From Terracidiphilus sp. (GTDB lineage Bacteria; Acidobacteriota; Terriglobia; Terriglobales; Acidobacteriaceae): 64,000 bases of DNA. Below are positions 9,112 through 20,355 of this stretch, piece by piece. Each line of letters starts with the position of its first letter. Position 1 is the first letter of the stretch. Where the stretch lies: assembly GCA_031296305.1 (NCBI GenBank), contig JARLFZ010000003.1, forward strand, positions 20,164-84,163, given 5' to 3'. A program made the position numbers and the translations under genes. The notes below the pieces were generated by a model, which was not told the DNA's origin, searched no databases, and was given only the letters and a program-made list of their open reading frames with translations.

Positions 9112-10779
9112 TCACCACGCTTCGAAGCGGACTCTGCCGTCGGGGCTGAGGACGGAGTGCTTGCGGAAGTTCGCGTCGTCGTGGCGGGGATGGTCGGAGC
9201 GGAAGTGTGCGCCGCGGCTCTCGGAGCGGGCCAGTGCTGAGGTGAGGATGGCGTGGGCTACGCGGCTCAGGGCTTGCGCTTCCGCCAGGCGGCGGCTGGT
9301 GCGGCCGGTTGCGGCGATTTCGGCCAATGTGGATTCGGTTTGGGCCTGCGCGGCGAGGCCGTGGCGTAGGGAAGATTCCTGGCGCAACAGGCCGGCGTTG
9401 GCCCACATGGAGGCTTGCAATGAGGCGATGAGAGTCTCGACGCGCTGGCTTTCGGTTGCTGACAGGGGCTGCGGAGCGTGGGCCGGTGCGGCGGTTACAG
9501 AGGCGAGCGGAAGCGAATCGGCCAGCATGGAGCGGGCGGCGCGTGTGCCGAAGACGAGGCCTTCGAGGAGAGAATTTGAGGCCAGACGATTGGCGCCGTG
9601 CACGCCGGTGCAGGCGGCTTCGCCGGCCGCGTAAAGCCCTGCGAGCGAGGTGCGGCCACCGAGGTCGGTGCGGATGCCGCCCATGAGGTAGTGCGCGGCG
9701 GGGCGCACGGGGATCAGGTCACGACGTAAATCGAGGCCGTACTGCGCGAGGAAGGCGCTGATGCCGGGGAAGCGTGCGATGAGGTCGATGTTGTGCACGT
9801 GGCGCATGTCGAGAAAAACGGGACGCAACGCGGCGGCGCTGCTTTGCGCGGGGGATTCAGCGAGGCCTTCGCGGGCGATGGCGCGGGCGACTACGTCGCG
9901 CGGGGCGAGCTCGAGAAGCGGATGGTATCGGTCCATGAAGCGCTCGCCGCGATGGTTGCGCAGGTACGCTCCCTCGCCGCGCAACGCCTCGGAGACGAGG
10001 AAGCGCGGTGCGCCTTCGATTGCGAGCGCGGTGGGATGGAACTGATAGAACTCCATGTCGGCGAGCTCGGCGCCGGCTGACGCGGCGAAGGCGATGCCAT
10101 CGCCAGTGGCAACGGCGGGATTGGTGGTGTCAGAGTAGACTTGGCCTGCGCCGCCGCTGGCGATGAGGATGGAGCGCGCGGTAATGTGTCGCGGCGCGTG
10201 GTCTGCAATGCCTGATGGCGATTGTGGGTTTTCGGCGGCGGCAAGATCGACGCCGATTACGCGGCCGTCGGCAACAACAAGGGCTGCTACGCGCGTCCAC
10301 TCGGCAAAGCGGATACGCTTTTGCGCGCGGGCAAAGGCGACGAGGGCGCGGCTGATTTCGGCGCCGGTGGCGTCGCCGCTGGCGTGCAGAATGCGGGCCA
10401 GCGAATGCGCGCCTTCGCGGGTGCGCAGGTACTGGCCATCCAGGCGACGTCCTTCAGCGTCCGTGGCCTCATCGAAGTTCGCGCCCCACTCGATGAGCTC
10501 GGCCACGCGCAGCGGGCCCTCGGACACCAGCGCCTCGGCCGCGGGGCGATAGACAATTCCGTCGCCGGCACTCACCGTGTCTTCGAGGTGCAGGGCAACG
10601 TCTTTCTCGCCCTCCATAGCGACGGCTATGCCGCCCTGCGCGTAGTGGGTATTCGATTCGCTTAGCGATTCCTTGGTGACGACGAGAACTTCGCCGTGCT
10701 GCGCGAGTTCGATGGCGGCGCGAAGGCCGGCGACGCCTGCGCCCATGACGAGAAAATCTACCTGAGGGCCCTTTGCCAT
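9112..10779 (-). CDS. nadB: L-aspartate oxidase
   Basis: Motifs GAGVAG, SNTHYAQGGIA, REGAHS, EFYQFHPT, LAPRDVV, GVHGANRLASNSLLE and ESRGAHFR; start moved to ATG 10779. Confidence 0.95.
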   Translation of the reverse strand: MAKGPQVDFLVMGAGVAGLRAAIELAQHGEVLVVTKESLSESNTHYAQGGIAVAMEGEKDVALHLEDTVSAGDGIVYRPAAEALVSEGPLRVAELIEWGANFDEATDAEGRRLDGQYLRTREGAHSLARILHASGDATGAEISRALVAFARAQKRIRFAEWTRVAALVVADGRVIGVDLAAAENPQSPSGIADHAPRHITARSILIASGGAGQVYSDTTNPAVATGDGIAFAASAGAELADMEFYQFHPTALAIEGAPRFLVSEALRGEGAYLRNHRGERFMDRYHPLLELAPRDVVARAIAREGLAESPAQSSAAALRPVFLDMRHVHNIDLIARFPGISAFLAQYGLDLRRDLIPVRPAAHYLMGGIRTDLGGRTSLAGLYAAGEAACTGVHGANRLASNSLLEGLVFGTRAARSMLADSLPLASVTAAPAHAPQPLSATESQRVETLIASLQASMWANAGLLRQESSLRHGLAAQAQTESTLAEIAATGRTSRRLAEAQALSRVAHAILTSALARSESRGAHFRSDHPRHDDANFRKHSVLSPDGRVRFEAW

Positions 10780-10887
10780 ACCCTTTGAGGCTATCAAGAG
10801 CGGGGAGCGAGGGAACAAGGGAACGAGATCGTCGGAAAAGGGTCACACTGAATTCGGGTGCGTCCGGTCTTCTATCATTGAATCATT

Positions 10888-11991
10888 GTGCAGACGATAC
10901 GGGTTGAGACACCATCGGCGAAGTATGACGTGTTTGCGGGGAGCGGGTTGCTGGAGACGCTTGCGCCGCGGATTGAGCGGGCGGTGGGACGGCTGCCGCG
11001 GCGGGTTTTTGTTTTAACTTCGCCGGAGATTTGGGCGCTGTGGTCGGGGGCGTTCCTGCGGTCGTTTGCCGAGCCGCCATTGGTGCTGTTTCTTGAGCCG
11101 GGCGAAGAACACAAGACCATGAAGAGCGTGGAGCGGCTGACGCGGGAGATGGTGCGCGCGGGGGGCGATCGCGGAAGTTTCTTGATTGCCTTTGGCGGCG
11201 GCATTGTGGGCGACGTGGGCGGATTTGTGGCCGCGGTGTTCATGCGCGGGATCGAGTATGTGCAGGTGCCGACGACTTTTTTGGCGCAGGTGGATTCGAG
11301 CGTAGGCGGCAAGGTGGGCGTGAACTTGCCCGAGGGTAAGAATCTTGTCGGGAATTTCTTGCAACCGCGGGCGGTGTTTGCCGATATCGGCGTGCTGGGC
11401 ACGCTGCCCGACCGCGAGTTGCGCGCGGGATTGATGGAGAGCGTGAAGGCGGGCATCATTCGCGACAGGGCGCTGGTGCGGTTCATGGAAGAGCATGCGG
11501 ATGCGGTTCTCGAGCGGGAGCCGAAGGCGCTGGAGCGGGTGATTGCGGCGTCGATTCGGATGAAGGCGAATGTCGTCCGGCGCGACGAGCGCGAGGGCGG
11601 ACTGCGCATGATTTTGAATTTTGGGCACACCGTGGGCCATGCGCTGGAACAGGCGACGCGCTACAAGGCCATGCTGCATGGCGAGGCTGTGGCGTGGGGC
11701 ATGGTGGCGGCGCTGGCCGTGGCGCGGCGGCGGGGCACGATTACCGGTGCGCAGATGGAGCGGATGGAGAAGCTGATCTATCGCTATGGGCCGCTGCCGA
11801 AGTTGCGGGTGAGCGCGGGACGCGTGCTGGCGGCGACGGGAAGCGACAAGAAAAATGTGGGCGGAGTACGGCGGTTTGTGTTGCCCGTCGGGATTGGCGA
11901 CGCGCGCGTGGTGGAAGATGTGACGCCGGCGGAGATTGATGCGGCGGTGAAGTACATGCTGGGAAGACAGGGAGTAGGGAGTAGGGAATAG
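10888..11991 (+). CDS. aroB: 3-dehydroquinate synthase
   Basis: Motifs GGGIVGD, VPTTFLAQVDSSVGGK, LNFGHTVGHA, LHGEAV and DKK. Confidence 0.97.
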   Translation: MQTIRVETPSAKYDVFAGSGLLETLAPRIERAVGRLPRRVFVLTSPEIWALWSGAFLRSFAEPPLVLFLEPGEEHKTMKSVERLTREMVRAGGDRGSFLIAFGGGIVGDVGGFVAAVFMRGIEYVQVPTTFLAQVDSSVGGKVGVNLPEGKNLVGNFLQPRAVFADIGVLGTLPDRELRAGLMESVKAGIIRDRALVRFMEEHADAVLEREPKALERVIAASIRMKANVVRRDEREGGLRMILNFGHTVGHALEQATRYKAMLHGEAVAWGMVAALAVARRRGTITGAQMERMEKLIYRYGPLPKLRVSAGRVLAATGSDKKNVGGVRRFVLPVGIGDARVVEDVTPAEIDAAVKYMLGRQGVGSRE

Positions 11992-12042
11992 CTATCGGCT
12001 GTCGGCTCTCCGCTCGTTCCGGGTAAGTTTGCTGCGGTGGTT

Positions 12043-12165
12043 TCCCGCATCTCAAGAAGAGATGTGGAGCACCCATGTTCGTGCCGGGCTGAACGAGTGG
12101 AATTGAGGTTCGTGCGTTCCCACCCTTGGCGCTAAAAACAAAGGCGCGCCAAGGATGGGGCAACC
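12043..12165. repeat. Two REP-like hairpins (family A, ending in GGGGCA(A)CC-like tails)
   Basis: TCCCGCATCTC-AAGAA-GAGATGTGGAGCACCC and TCCCACCCTTGGCGC...GCGCCAAGGATGGGGCAACC; related copies at 18832, 23311 and 24843. Confidence 0.75.
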
Positions 12166-12320
12166 GGCTGCTTAGCGACGGAAATGAATTAGCATCCAAC
12201 TGCACGTGAACAGCGTCTGAATTGGTAGATGATGCGCGGGTTCCCCTGGCTCTGCGTTCTTCCTTTTTCCCCGATGCGAGTGACTGCGAAAAACCATCTT
12301 CAGAAATCAATCCAAAGTGA

Positions 12321-14849
12321 ATGCATATGAGCGATCAGTCTTTGTACAGGTGGCTTGAGCAGCAGGGCGAGGCCTTTGGCGCGCCGGGGTTGGAGCCGCG
12401 GTGGACATCGAGCGTGAAGGATGCGGTGGTGACGGCCTATGCGGGTTCGAGCCACATTTGGTTCACGTGCTCGCACGGAATTCTGAACGAGGTGTACTAC
12501 CCCACTATTGACCGTCCGCAGGTGCGGGACATGGGATTCCTGATCACCGACGGCGAGACGTTTGTGCACGAAGAGAAGCGCCACCTGAAGACGAGCTTCG
12601 AGTACATCGACGCTTCGGCGCTTGCCGTGCGCTATGTGAACCGCGACCCGGATGGGCGCTACAGCCTGACCAAGGAGATGATCACCGATCCGCACCATGG
12701 CGTAGTGCTGCAGCATGTGCGGCTGGAAGGCCGTGCGGATCTGATTCCGCGGCTGAAGGTTTATGCGCTGTTGGCGCCGCACCTGGACGGCGGCGGGGCG
12801 GGCAACTCGGCACGGGCGCTGGATCTGGCCGGGCACAACGTGTTGCTGGCCTGGAAGAACCAGTGGTCGCTGGCGATGACGGCGAGTTGCGGATTCTCGC
12901 GCATGAGTTGCGGGTTTGTGGGCGCGAGCGACGGCTGGCAGGATCTGATGCAGAACTTCAAAATGGATTGGGAGTTCGGCTCGGCGACGGACGGCAACAT
13001 TGCGGTGATGGGCGAGATCGATCTGGAATGTAATGCGCAAAGAGCCAACGCAGCGCGCATGAAGCTCGGCGAAGCGGCGAGTGCAGAAGCGGGCACAGAG
13101 GCACAAAGCGGCATCGCGGTGCGTGAATTTACGCTGGCGATCGGAATTGGCAATGGGCATCACACAGCGCTGCAAAAGATGATGGGAGCGCTCTCGACTC
13201 CGTTTGAGGAACAGTGCAAACGGTTCATCGTGCAGTGGCACCGGGCGGCGTATCCTGAGTGGCTTGCCGGCCGTACGCGAGACGGCGGAAAGTTGCTGCG
13301 CGCCAGCCATGCTGTGCTGTTGGCGCACGAAGACAAATCCTTTCCCGGCGCGTTTGTGGCGTCGGCTTCGATTCCATGGGGGCAGACAAAGGGCGACGAC
13401 GACCTGGGTGGCTATCACCTGGTGTGGACACGCGACATGGTGCAGACGGCGACGGCGCTGCTGGCCTGCGGACGCGTGGAAACGGCGCGGCAGGCGCTGG
13501 TGTACCTGGCGTGCACGCAGTTACCCGATGGCAGCTTTGCGCAGAATTTTTGGATCGACGGCACGCCCTACTGGACCGGCAAGCAACTGGACGAGGTGGC
13601 GTTTCCCTTGATCCTGGCGTGGCGATTGTGGAAAGCGGGCGGGCTGGGCAATCTACCGTTTTTTCCGTTCATTGAGCGGGCGGCGGGTGTTCTGGTGCGC
13701 AGCGCGCCGATTACCCAGCAGGATCGCTGGGAGGAGAATGCGGGCTACTCGCCGTCGACACTGGCCGCAGTTATTAGCGGATTAATTTGCGCGGCGGAGA
13801 TTTCGCGCGCGTACGGGGCGGACGAGTTGGCCACGTTTCTTGAGGAGTTTGCCGACTGGATTGAGGGGCATATCGAGGACTGGACGGTGACCAACAACGG
13901 CGTGCTCGATCCGGAGATCAAGCGGCATTACATGCGCATAAGGCCGCCGGAGTGCGGCGAAGCGTACGCGGAAGAGGAGTGCGGCAAGGAAATGGTCCGC
14001 CTGACGAATCGGCCGCCGGGTACGCGGGTTGAATTCGAGGCGCGGGAGATTATCGACGCGGGGTTTTTGGAACTGGTGCGTTACGGCGTGCGGCGAGCCG
14101 ACGATCCGCTGATTGTAGATTCGCTGAAGGTGGTGGACGCGGTGCTGAAGCGGGATTTGCCGCAGGGCGCGGGATGGCTGCGCTACAACGGAGACGGCTA
14201 TGGGGAGCGACCGGATGGAGGGCCGTACCTGGGATGGGGTCAAGGGAGGGTGTGGCCTTTACTGACCGGCGAGCGCGCCCATTACGAGCTGGCGGCGGGC
14301 AAGGACATCGGCGCGCTGATCGAGACCTATGAGAAGTTTGCTACGTGCGGGCAGTTGCTGCCGGAGCAGGTGTGGGACGAGGCCGACCGGCCGGAGCGGC
14401 GCCTGTGGATGGGGAAACCGGCGGGGTCGGCCGTGCCGCTGGTGTGGGCACATGCCGAGTATCTGAAACTGATGCGCTCGGCTGCGGATGGCAAGGTCTT
14501 TGACCGCATCGACCCGGTCTACGCGCGGTATTGCGAGCCGGAGGGACGCAAACGACGCCGGAAGGGCCTGGAGATCTACAGCTTTCGGCGGCCGATCCAG
14601 CGCATGGGGGCCGGGAGCACGTTGCGCATCCTGGATGAGAATCAATTCGAGGTGGAGTGGAGCGGCGACGGCTGGCAAACGGTGAATAAGATGGCCAGCC
14701 GGAACCTGGGGAGTGCGGGATTCAGGGCGGACATCGTCGCGCCCGCGGGCTGCACGGAACTGGAATGGACGCTGCATTGGACGGAGCTGGGGACCGGACC
14801 AGAGGCCTGGCTTGGATACAATGTAAGTGTTAAGGTGGATGCGATTTAG
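12321..14849 (+). CDS. Glucoamylase / glucodextranase-like GH15 with N-terminal beta-sandwich
   Basis: Motifs GILNEVYYP, SASIPWG, GYHLVWTRD, QDRWEE, WPLLTGER and LPEQVW. Confidence 0.92.
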   Translation: MHMSDQSLYRWLEQQGEAFGAPGLEPRWTSSVKDAVVTAYAGSSHIWFTCSHGILNEVYYPTIDRPQVRDMGFLITDGETFVHEEKRHLKTSFEYIDASALAVRYVNRDPDGRYSLTKEMITDPHHGVVLQHVRLEGRADLIPRLKVYALLAPHLDGGGAGNSARALDLAGHNVLLAWKNQWSLAMTASCGFSRMSCGFVGASDGWQDLMQNFKMDWEFGSATDGNIAVMGEIDLECNAQRANAARMKLGEAASAEAGTEAQSGIAVREFTLAIGIGNGHHTALQKMMGALSTPFEEQCKRFIVQWHRAAYPEWLAGRTRDGGKLLRASHAVLLAHEDKSFPGAFVASASIPWGQTKGDDDLGGYHLVWTRDMVQTATALLACGRVETARQALVYLACTQLPDGSFAQNFWIDGTPYWTGKQLDEVAFPLILAWRLWKAGGLGNLPFFPFIERAAGVLVRSAPITQQDRWEENAGYSPSTLAAVISGLICAAEISRAYGADELATFLEEFADWIEGHIEDWTVTNNGVLDPEIKRHYMRIRPPECGEAYAEEECGKEMVRLTNRPPGTRVEFEAREIIDAGFLELVRYGVRRADDPLIVDSLKVVDAVLKRDLPQGAGWLRYNGDGYGERPDGGPYLGWGQGRVWPLLTGERAHYELAAGKDIGALIETYEKFATCGQLLPEQVWDEADRPERRLWMGKPAGSAVPLVWAHAEYLKLMRSAADGKVFDRIDPVYARYCEPEGRKRRRKGLEIYSFRRPIQRMGAGSTLRILDENQFEVEWSGDGWQTVNKMASRNLGSAGFRADIVAPAGCTELEWTLHWTELGTGPEAWLGYNVSVKVDAI

Positions 14850-14973
14850 AGCCAGAGCTTTGACCGGGCGATTTTGCAGCGATCCGCGAATGGGTGTGGG
14901 TCAGGAGACTCGCGCTACGATTTAATTTGGCCAGTGCGTTCGCACTTCAGCGAAAGGAAACTCAAAAACAATT

Positions 14974-16971
14974 ATGGCTTCCAGTATTGCGTCACCCTCA
15001 CTCGACCAGCTTTCGATCAATACCTTGCGGCTGCTCGCCTTGGACGGCGTGGAGAAGGCCAAGAGCGGCCATCCGGGAGCGCCGCTGGGCTGCGCGCCGA
15101 TGGCCTATCTGCTGTTCCACAAGCTGATGAAGCATAATCCGGCGCACTCGAAGTGGGCCGATCGGGACCGCTTCGTGCTGTCGAACGGGCACGCGTCGAT
15201 GCTGCTCTACAGCTCGCTGTTTCTTGCGGGCTACAAGGTGACGCTGGAGGATCTGAAGAGCTTCCGCACATGGGGATCGAAGACGCCGGGGCACCCTGAG
15301 TACGGCTTGACCGATGGCGTTGAGGCGACGACCGGGCCCCTTGGACAGGGATTCGGAATGGGCGTGGGCATGGCCATTGCGGAGAAGCACCTGGCGGCGA
15401 CTTACAACCGTCCGGGCTTTAGCGTGGTGGATCATCACACGTTTGTAATGTGCGGCGACGGCGATCTGATGGAGGGCCTGTCGCATGAGGCGGCCTCGCT
15501 GGCGGGAACGCTCGGGCTGGGTAAGTTGATTGTGCTTTACGACGACAATCTGATCTCGCTCGACGGGCCGACGGACTGGAGTTTTACCGAGAATGTTTAC
15601 GACCGCTTCGAGGCCTACGGCTGGCACGTGCACCGCGTGATGGACGGCAACGATGTGGAGGGTATTGAGGAAGCCATCGTAGCGGCGAAGGCCGAGAGCG
15701 GCAAACCATCTTTGATTGGCGTGCGCACGGTGATCGGCTACGGCAGCCCACTTGCGGGAACAAACAAAGTGCACGGCGAAGCCATGAGCGCGGCGGATGC
15801 GGCGGCGACGAAAAAGTTCTTCGGGTTCCCCGAGGACCAGAATTTTTATGTCCCGGACGATGCGCTGGCGAACTGGCGCGAGGCGGTTAAGCGCGGCGCG
15901 GACTTTGAGGCGGAGTGGAACAAGCTGTTTGCCGGGTACAAGGCCGCATTTCCCGGGCAGGCGGCGGAGTTTGAGCGCACGCAGGCGGGCGCGTTGAAGG
16001 CGGGATGGGAGAAGGCGATTCCCAGCTTCGGGACGGAGAAGCCCATCGCCACGCGCAACGCGGGACAGCAGGTGATGAACGCGATCTTCGACGCAGTGCC
16101 GGAGCTGATCGGCGGGGCGGCGGATTTGACGGCGTCGACGAAGACGATTTTCAAAAATTCGGCACATTTTGCCGCGGATCCCGCGGGGCGCAATGTGTTT
16201 TTCGGAGTGCGCGAGCTGGGGATGTGCGCGGCGGTAAACGGAATGGCGGTTCACGGAGGGTTGATACCATTCGGATCTACATTTTTCGTGTTTTCCGATT
16301 ATGCCAAGCCGGCGCTGCGCATTGCGGCGATCATGGAAGCGCACTCGCTGTTTGTGTTTACGCACGATTCGATTGGAGTGGGTGAGGACGGGCCGACCCA
16401 CGAGCCGATTGAGCACCTGATGGCGCTGCGCGCGGTGCCGCACATGACGGATTTTCGTCCGGCAGATGCCAATGAAACGGCGGCGGCGTGGAGGCTGGCG
16501 CTGGAGCGCAAGGGGCCGGCGTTCTTCGCGCTGACGCGGCAGGATGTGCCGGTGATCGACGTGTCAAAGCGCGACATGTACGCGAGCGTAAGCAAGGGCG
16601 CGTACGTGCTGGAGGATGCGGCGAACGCGAAGGTGGTTCTGATTGCGACGGGATCTGAAGTGAGCGTGGCGCAGGGCGCGGCGAAGCTGCTGGCCGCGGA
16701 CGGGATCGGCGCGCGCGTGGTGAGCATGCCGAGCTGGAAGATTTTCGATGAGCAATCGGCGGAGTACAAGGCCAGCGTGTTGCCGGCGGGCGTACCCAAA
16801 CTGGCGGTGGAAGCGGGCGCGACGCTGGGATGGTGGAAGTATGTGGGACTCGACGGCGACGTGGTGGGGCTCGACCGCTTCGGCGCTTCGGCTCCCGGGC
16901 CGATCGTGATGAAGGAGCTTGGATTCAGCGCGGAGAATGTGGCGGTGCGGGCGAAGAAGATTTTGAAGTAG
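14974..16971 (+). CDS. tkt: Transketolase
   Basis: Motifs [37 protein letters not shown] and DRFGASAPG. Confidence 0.98.
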   Translation: MASSIASPSLDQLSINTLRLLALDGVEKAKSGHPGAPLGCAPMAYLLFHKLMKHNPAHSKWADRDRFVLSNGHASMLLYSSLFLAGYKVTLEDLKSFRTWGSKTPGHPEYGLTDGVEATTGPLGQGFGMGVGMAIAEKHLAATYNRPGFSVVDHHTFVMCGDGDLMEGLSHEAASLAGTLGLGKLIVLYDDNLISLDGPTDWSFTENVYDRFEAYGWHVHRVMDGNDVEGIEEAIVAAKAESGKPSLIGVRTVIGYGSPLAGTNKVHGEAMSAADAAATKKFFGFPEDQNFYVPDDALANWREAVKRGADFEAEWNKLFAGYKAAFPGQAAEFERTQAGALKAGWEKAIPSFGTEKPIATRNAGQQVMNAIFDAVPELIGGAADLTASTKTIFKNSAHFAADPAGRNVFFGVRELGMCAAVNGMAVHGGLIPFGSTFFVFSDYAKPALRIAAIMEAHSLFVFTHDSIGVGEDGPTHEPIEHLMALRAVPHMTDFRPADANETAAAWRLALERKGPAFFALTRQDVPVIDVSKRDMYASVSKGAYVLEDAANAKVVLIATGSEVSVAQGAAKLLAADGIGARVVSMPSWKIFDEQSAEYKASVLPAGVPKLAVEAGATLGWWKYVGLDGDVVGLDRFGASAPGPIVMKELGFSAENVAVRAKKILK

Positions 16972-17060
16972 CGGAGTTAGCCGCGTTTCGCGCGTGTTAG
17001 CGGAGCTGGCGGAGTTAGAAAAGGCTCAGCGTCGCTGAAGGCGATCCTAACTCAGCTAAC
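16969..17060. repeat. Short-period AGCGGAGTT tandem repeats with an inverted counterpart (CTAACTCAGCTAAC)
   Basis: Seen directly; similar tracts at 21700-21741 and 23281-23304. Confidence 0.6.
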
Positions 17061-17085
17061 ATCGCCGACTCAAGAAGGGATAATT

Positions 17086-17568
17086 GTGAAACTTGTCATT
17101 GCTTCCGATCATGCGGGATTTGCTCTGAAGGAAGAGTTGCGCGCCAACCTGACGGCGGCCGGTCACGAGGTTGTCGACCTGGGAGCGTGCACGTACGAAC
17201 CTGAGGACGACTATCCCGACTTTGCCGTGAAAGTGGGCGAGGCCGTGAAGGCGGGCGTGGCTCCACGCGGCATTGTCATCTGCGGCAGTGGCGTGGGTGT
17301 GTGCATTGCGGCGAACAAGATTCCCGGCATTCGCGCGGGGATTTGCCACGATACGTATTCGGCGCACCAGGGCGTGGAGCACGACGACATGAATGTGCTG
17401 GTGCTGGGCGCGAGAATCATCGGCTCCGCGCTTGCGTTCGAGCTGGCGCACACATTCATCGCGGCCAAGTTTCAGGCGCAAGAGGGCCGGTTTGAACGGC
17501 GATTCAAGAAGGTGCTGGCGATCGAGGCCAAGTACCTGTGGGCAGACGGACCGAAGCAAGCGGGCTAA
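17086..17568 (+). CDS. rpiB: Ribose 5-phosphate isomerase B
   Basis: Motifs ASDHAG, DDYPD, ICGSGVG, ANK and HDDMNVL. Confidence 0.95.
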   Translation: MKLVIASDHAGFALKEELRANLTAAGHEVVDLGACTYEPEDDYPDFAVKVGEAVKAGVAPRGIVICGSGVGVCIAANKIPGIRAGICHDTYSAHQGVEHDDMNVLVLGARIIGSALAFELAHTFIAAKFQAQEGRFERRFKKVLAIEAKYLWADGPKQAG

Positions 17569-17594
17569 GTCTTTCATTTTCTCACTCACCCACA

Positions 17595-18206
17595 ATGTTC
17601 CCCTTCGACGTAATTCTTTTCGATGTTGGCGGAGTCCTGCTGACCAACGGCTGGGACCGCGGGGAACGCGCGGCCGCCGTGGCACATTTCGGCCTGGATG
17701 CGGCGGCGCTCGAGACCAGACATGCCGCGGTGATGGAAGCCTGGGAGTGCGGCGAGATCGATCTCAATCAATATCTCGACGCGGCAGTGTTCTATGAGCC
17801 GCGCGCGTTTTCGCACAGCGAGTTTTTCTCTTTCATGATCGCCCAATCGCAGCGGTTGCCCCATGGAGCTTTGCACATTCTTGCGGAGCTTGCGGAATCG
17901 AATCCATGTATGATTGGCGCCCTGAACAACGAAGCTCGCGAAACCAACGAATTTCGCTTTGGCCACTTTGGCCTGCGCCGGCATTTCAAGGTTGCGTTCA
18001 GCTCTTGTTACATGGGCTTGCGCAAGCCGGAGCCGGCGATCTACCGGAGGGCGCTGGATATTCTTGGTTGCAAGCCCGAGCGTGTTCTCTTCATTGACGA
18101 TCGCGAGGAAAATGTAGCTGGCGGTTTGGCGGCGGGAATGAGGGCGATCCAGTTTACGGGGGCAGATGCGCTGCAGGCAGCGTTGGAAGAGTTGGGAGTG
18201 TTTTGA
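17595..18206 (+). CDS. HAD-family phosphatase
   Basis: Motifs FDVGGVL, LNN, RKPEP and FIDDR; start moved to ATG 17595. Confidence 0.9.
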   Translation: MFPFDVILFDVGGVLLTNGWDRGERAAAVAHFGLDAAALETRHAAVMEAWECGEIDLNQYLDAAVFYEPRAFSHSEFFSFMIAQSQRLPHGALHILAELAESNPCMIGALNNEARETNEFRFGHFGLRRHFKVAFSSCYMGLRKPEPAIYRRALDILGCKPERVLFIDDREENVAGGLAAGMRAIQFTGADALQAALEELGVF

Positions 18207-18266
18207 GGGGCAGCTGCTAGCTCTTAGTTTTTCGCTGGATGAGGGCGAGGGGCGTGAATCAGTTTT

Positions 18267-18767
18267 TTACGCCTTAGTACGGTTGCGGGCGCGATCGAGG
18301 ACCACGCGCAACAGATAGATAAAGACCAGAATATTGATAGTGAGCAGGCCGACGCGGACCCACGTGAGGCGGCGGACGATTTCCAGCATCTCCCAGGGAA
18401 GAAATGAGGCGGTAATGGCGAGAGTCAGGAACTCCCCCCAGGCCTTTTCGAGATAGAGGCCGATGCCTTCGACCAGAGTGAGTGTGGCGTAGCAATAGGC
18501 GACGATACTAATGCGCTCGAGGACGCGGCCGCTGATGAGCGGGGCTTTACGGAGGACGAAGATGACCAGCCGCGACTCGGGGTCGAAACGCAGGTGGCGG
18601 GCAAAGAGTTCGATCTGGTCGGCTATGTTTTTGTGGAGCAGATGGTGCGCGCCGATGCCGATGGCGAAGAAAAACAGAGCATGGAGAAATTTGTAGACCG
18701 CGATGAGAACCAGCACACGGTTGTGGCTGTGGGTGTGGGAGCGAACTGGAAAAGGGCGGCGTGCCAT
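18267..18767 (-). CDS. DUF2127 membrane protein
   Basis: Motifs LIAVYK, EGIGL...WGE and TASFLPWE; start moved to ATG 18767 because the upstream extension crosses a REP. Confidence 0.8.
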   Translation of the reverse strand: MARRPFPVRSHTHSHNRVLVLIAVYKFLHALFFFAIGIGAHHLLHKNIADQIELFARHLRFDPESRLVIFVLRKAPLISGRVLERISIVAYCYATLTLVEGIGLYLEKAWGEFLTLAITASFLPWEMLEIVRRLTWVRVGLLTINILVFIYLLRVVLDRARNRTKA

Positions 18768-18831
18768 GGGGCTGAGGAATCTGCTGCCTTCAAGGGTATA
18801 CGATGCCGGCGGGCGGGGTAAGTTGGTGCTA

Positions 18832-18874
18832 TTCCACCCTTGCGACAGTAAGAAGTCGCAAGGATGAGGCACGG
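18832..18874. repeat. REP-like hairpin (family A)
   Basis: TTCCACCCTTGCGAC-AGTAAGAA-GTCGCAAGGATGAGGCACGG. Confidence 0.7.
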
Positions 18875-18902
18875 GAAGGTTCCTTTTCAAGCGGCCGGAG
18901 AT

Positions 18903-20186
18903 CTAGCGGTTGATATGCGCGTTTTCAAGCAGAATATAGGGGCCGCCCGCGGCGGCCGTCACTGAAAGATCGTGGGCCGTCACGGTTGCGTCGCTGACGG
19001 TGATGCCCTTTTGCGCGGCGATCTGGACATGGTTAAGCGTGATGGTGGTGATGGGGCTTTCGGGAAGGCCGACGATCGTGCCCGCTTCCTTGGCGCCGAT
19101 CGCTTTGAGATTGCTGATGTGGATGTCGTGAAAGCGCGGGGTGAGGCGCGTGACCGGCTGAGCGGTGTCGTGCTGGGGAATGTGCGGATAGTACTCGGTG
19201 ATGAGAATGGGCGTGCCGACATTTTCCATGGTCAGGTCGCGGAAGTCGAAGTTACCGATGTCGCCGCCGCGATCGCGATTGGACTTGATGCGCACGCCAC
19301 TGGCCGTGTCTTTGAAGTGGATGCGTCGCGCGCGGACGCGCTGGACACCGCCGGCAATTTCGCTGCCCATGGACATGCCGTGGCCGTGAAGAAATGTGCA
19401 GTCGGTGATGGTGATGTCGGTGGACGGAGCATCGGGGCCGGGCGAGTTAGGTTGGCCGGACTTGATAGCGATATTGTCGTCGCCGGTGTCGATGGTCATG
19501 TGAGAGATGGTGACGTGGCTCGATGAGAAGGGATCGATGCCGTCAGTATTGGGAGAGCGCGCGGGGGCCAGAATTTTACCGTTGCGGATGACGACATCGT
19601 CGGAGTAGTAGGGCACGACCTGCCAGGATGCCGAGTTCTGGATGGTCACGTTCTCAATGAGGATGTGCTTGCAGTGATCGAAGAGGATGAGGCGGGGGCG
19701 CATGGCGGCGACGAAATTGGAGCCGGCGCGATGCGCGTAGACGGCGTCCCACCAGGGTTTTCCGTTGCCGTCGATGGTGCCGCCGCCGCGGATGACGATG
19801 TGCTCCGCGTTGGTCGCGCTGATGAGCGGCTGCAATGCTTTTTCGCGCAGCTCTTCGACTTCGGGATAGTCGGCGCGGGCTTGCGAGCCGAGGAGTGTGG
19901 CGCCGGCATCGACCTCAAGAGTGATGTGGCTCTTGAGCACGATGGGTCCGGTGAGGAAGGTTCCCGAGGCCAGGCGCACGGTGCCGCCGCCTTTGGCTGC
20001 GCAGGCCTCGATGGCGCCCTGAATGGCGTGCGTATCTTTGGTGACGCCGTCGCCCTTGGCACCGTAGGCGGTGACGTCGCAGAGGCGCGCGGCATTTGCG
20101 AATTTGCAGCAGACGGTCAAAAACAAGACGCAAAGGATGCCACGCGAAAAGGTTCGCGCGGTGACGAAAGCTGCGGGTTGCGGCAT
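18903..20186 (-). CDS. GH28 polygalacturonase-like enzyme, secreted
   Basis: GH28 catalytic motifs NTDG, GDD, GHG and RIK; signal peptide. Confidence 0.93.
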   Translation of the reverse strand: MPQPAAFVTARTFSRGILCVLFLTVCCKFANAARLCDVTAYGAKGDGVTKDTHAIQGAIEACAAKGGGTVRLASGTFLTGPIVLKSHITLEVDAGATLLGSQARADYPEVEELREKALQPLISATNAEHIVIRGGGTIDGNGKPWWDAVYAHRAGSNFVAAMRPRLILFDHCKHILIENVTIQNSASWQVVPYYSDDVVIRNGKILAPARSPNTDGIDPFSSSHVTISHMTIDTGDDNIAIKSGQPNSPGPDAPSTDITITDCTFLHGHGMSMGSEIAGGVQRVRARRIHFKDTASGVRIKSNRDRGGDIGNFDFRDLTMENVGTPILITEYYPHIPQHDTAQPVTRLTPRFHDIHISNLKAIGAKEAGTIVGLPESPITTITLNHVQIAAQKGITVSDATVTAHDLSVTAAAGGPYILLENAHINR

Positions 20187-20192
20187 GGAAAT

Positions 20193-20263
20193 CCCTCAGG
20201 GGCTAAAGCTCCGTATTCTTCTGCATTGTTCGGCCCGGCTAAAGCCGTGCCCTTGTTACAGAA
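20193..20263. repeat. REP-like doublet (family B: CCCTCAGGGGCTAAAGC ... GGCTAAAGCCGTGCCC)
   Basis: Related copies at 53688, 56144 and 57892. Confidence 0.75.
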
Positions 20264-20355
20264 CCTTGTGAATCCTCGTCGACCATGATGCCGGCGAGGG
20301 GAAGATCGTGTACTTACAGTGTGCGAGTTTATGAAACACTTTCTACGAAGGATGC

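Noticed and set aside
12321-18206. GH15-tkt-rpiB-HAD cluster as a new pathway
   Set aside because: A common glucan and pentose-phosphate gene grouping.
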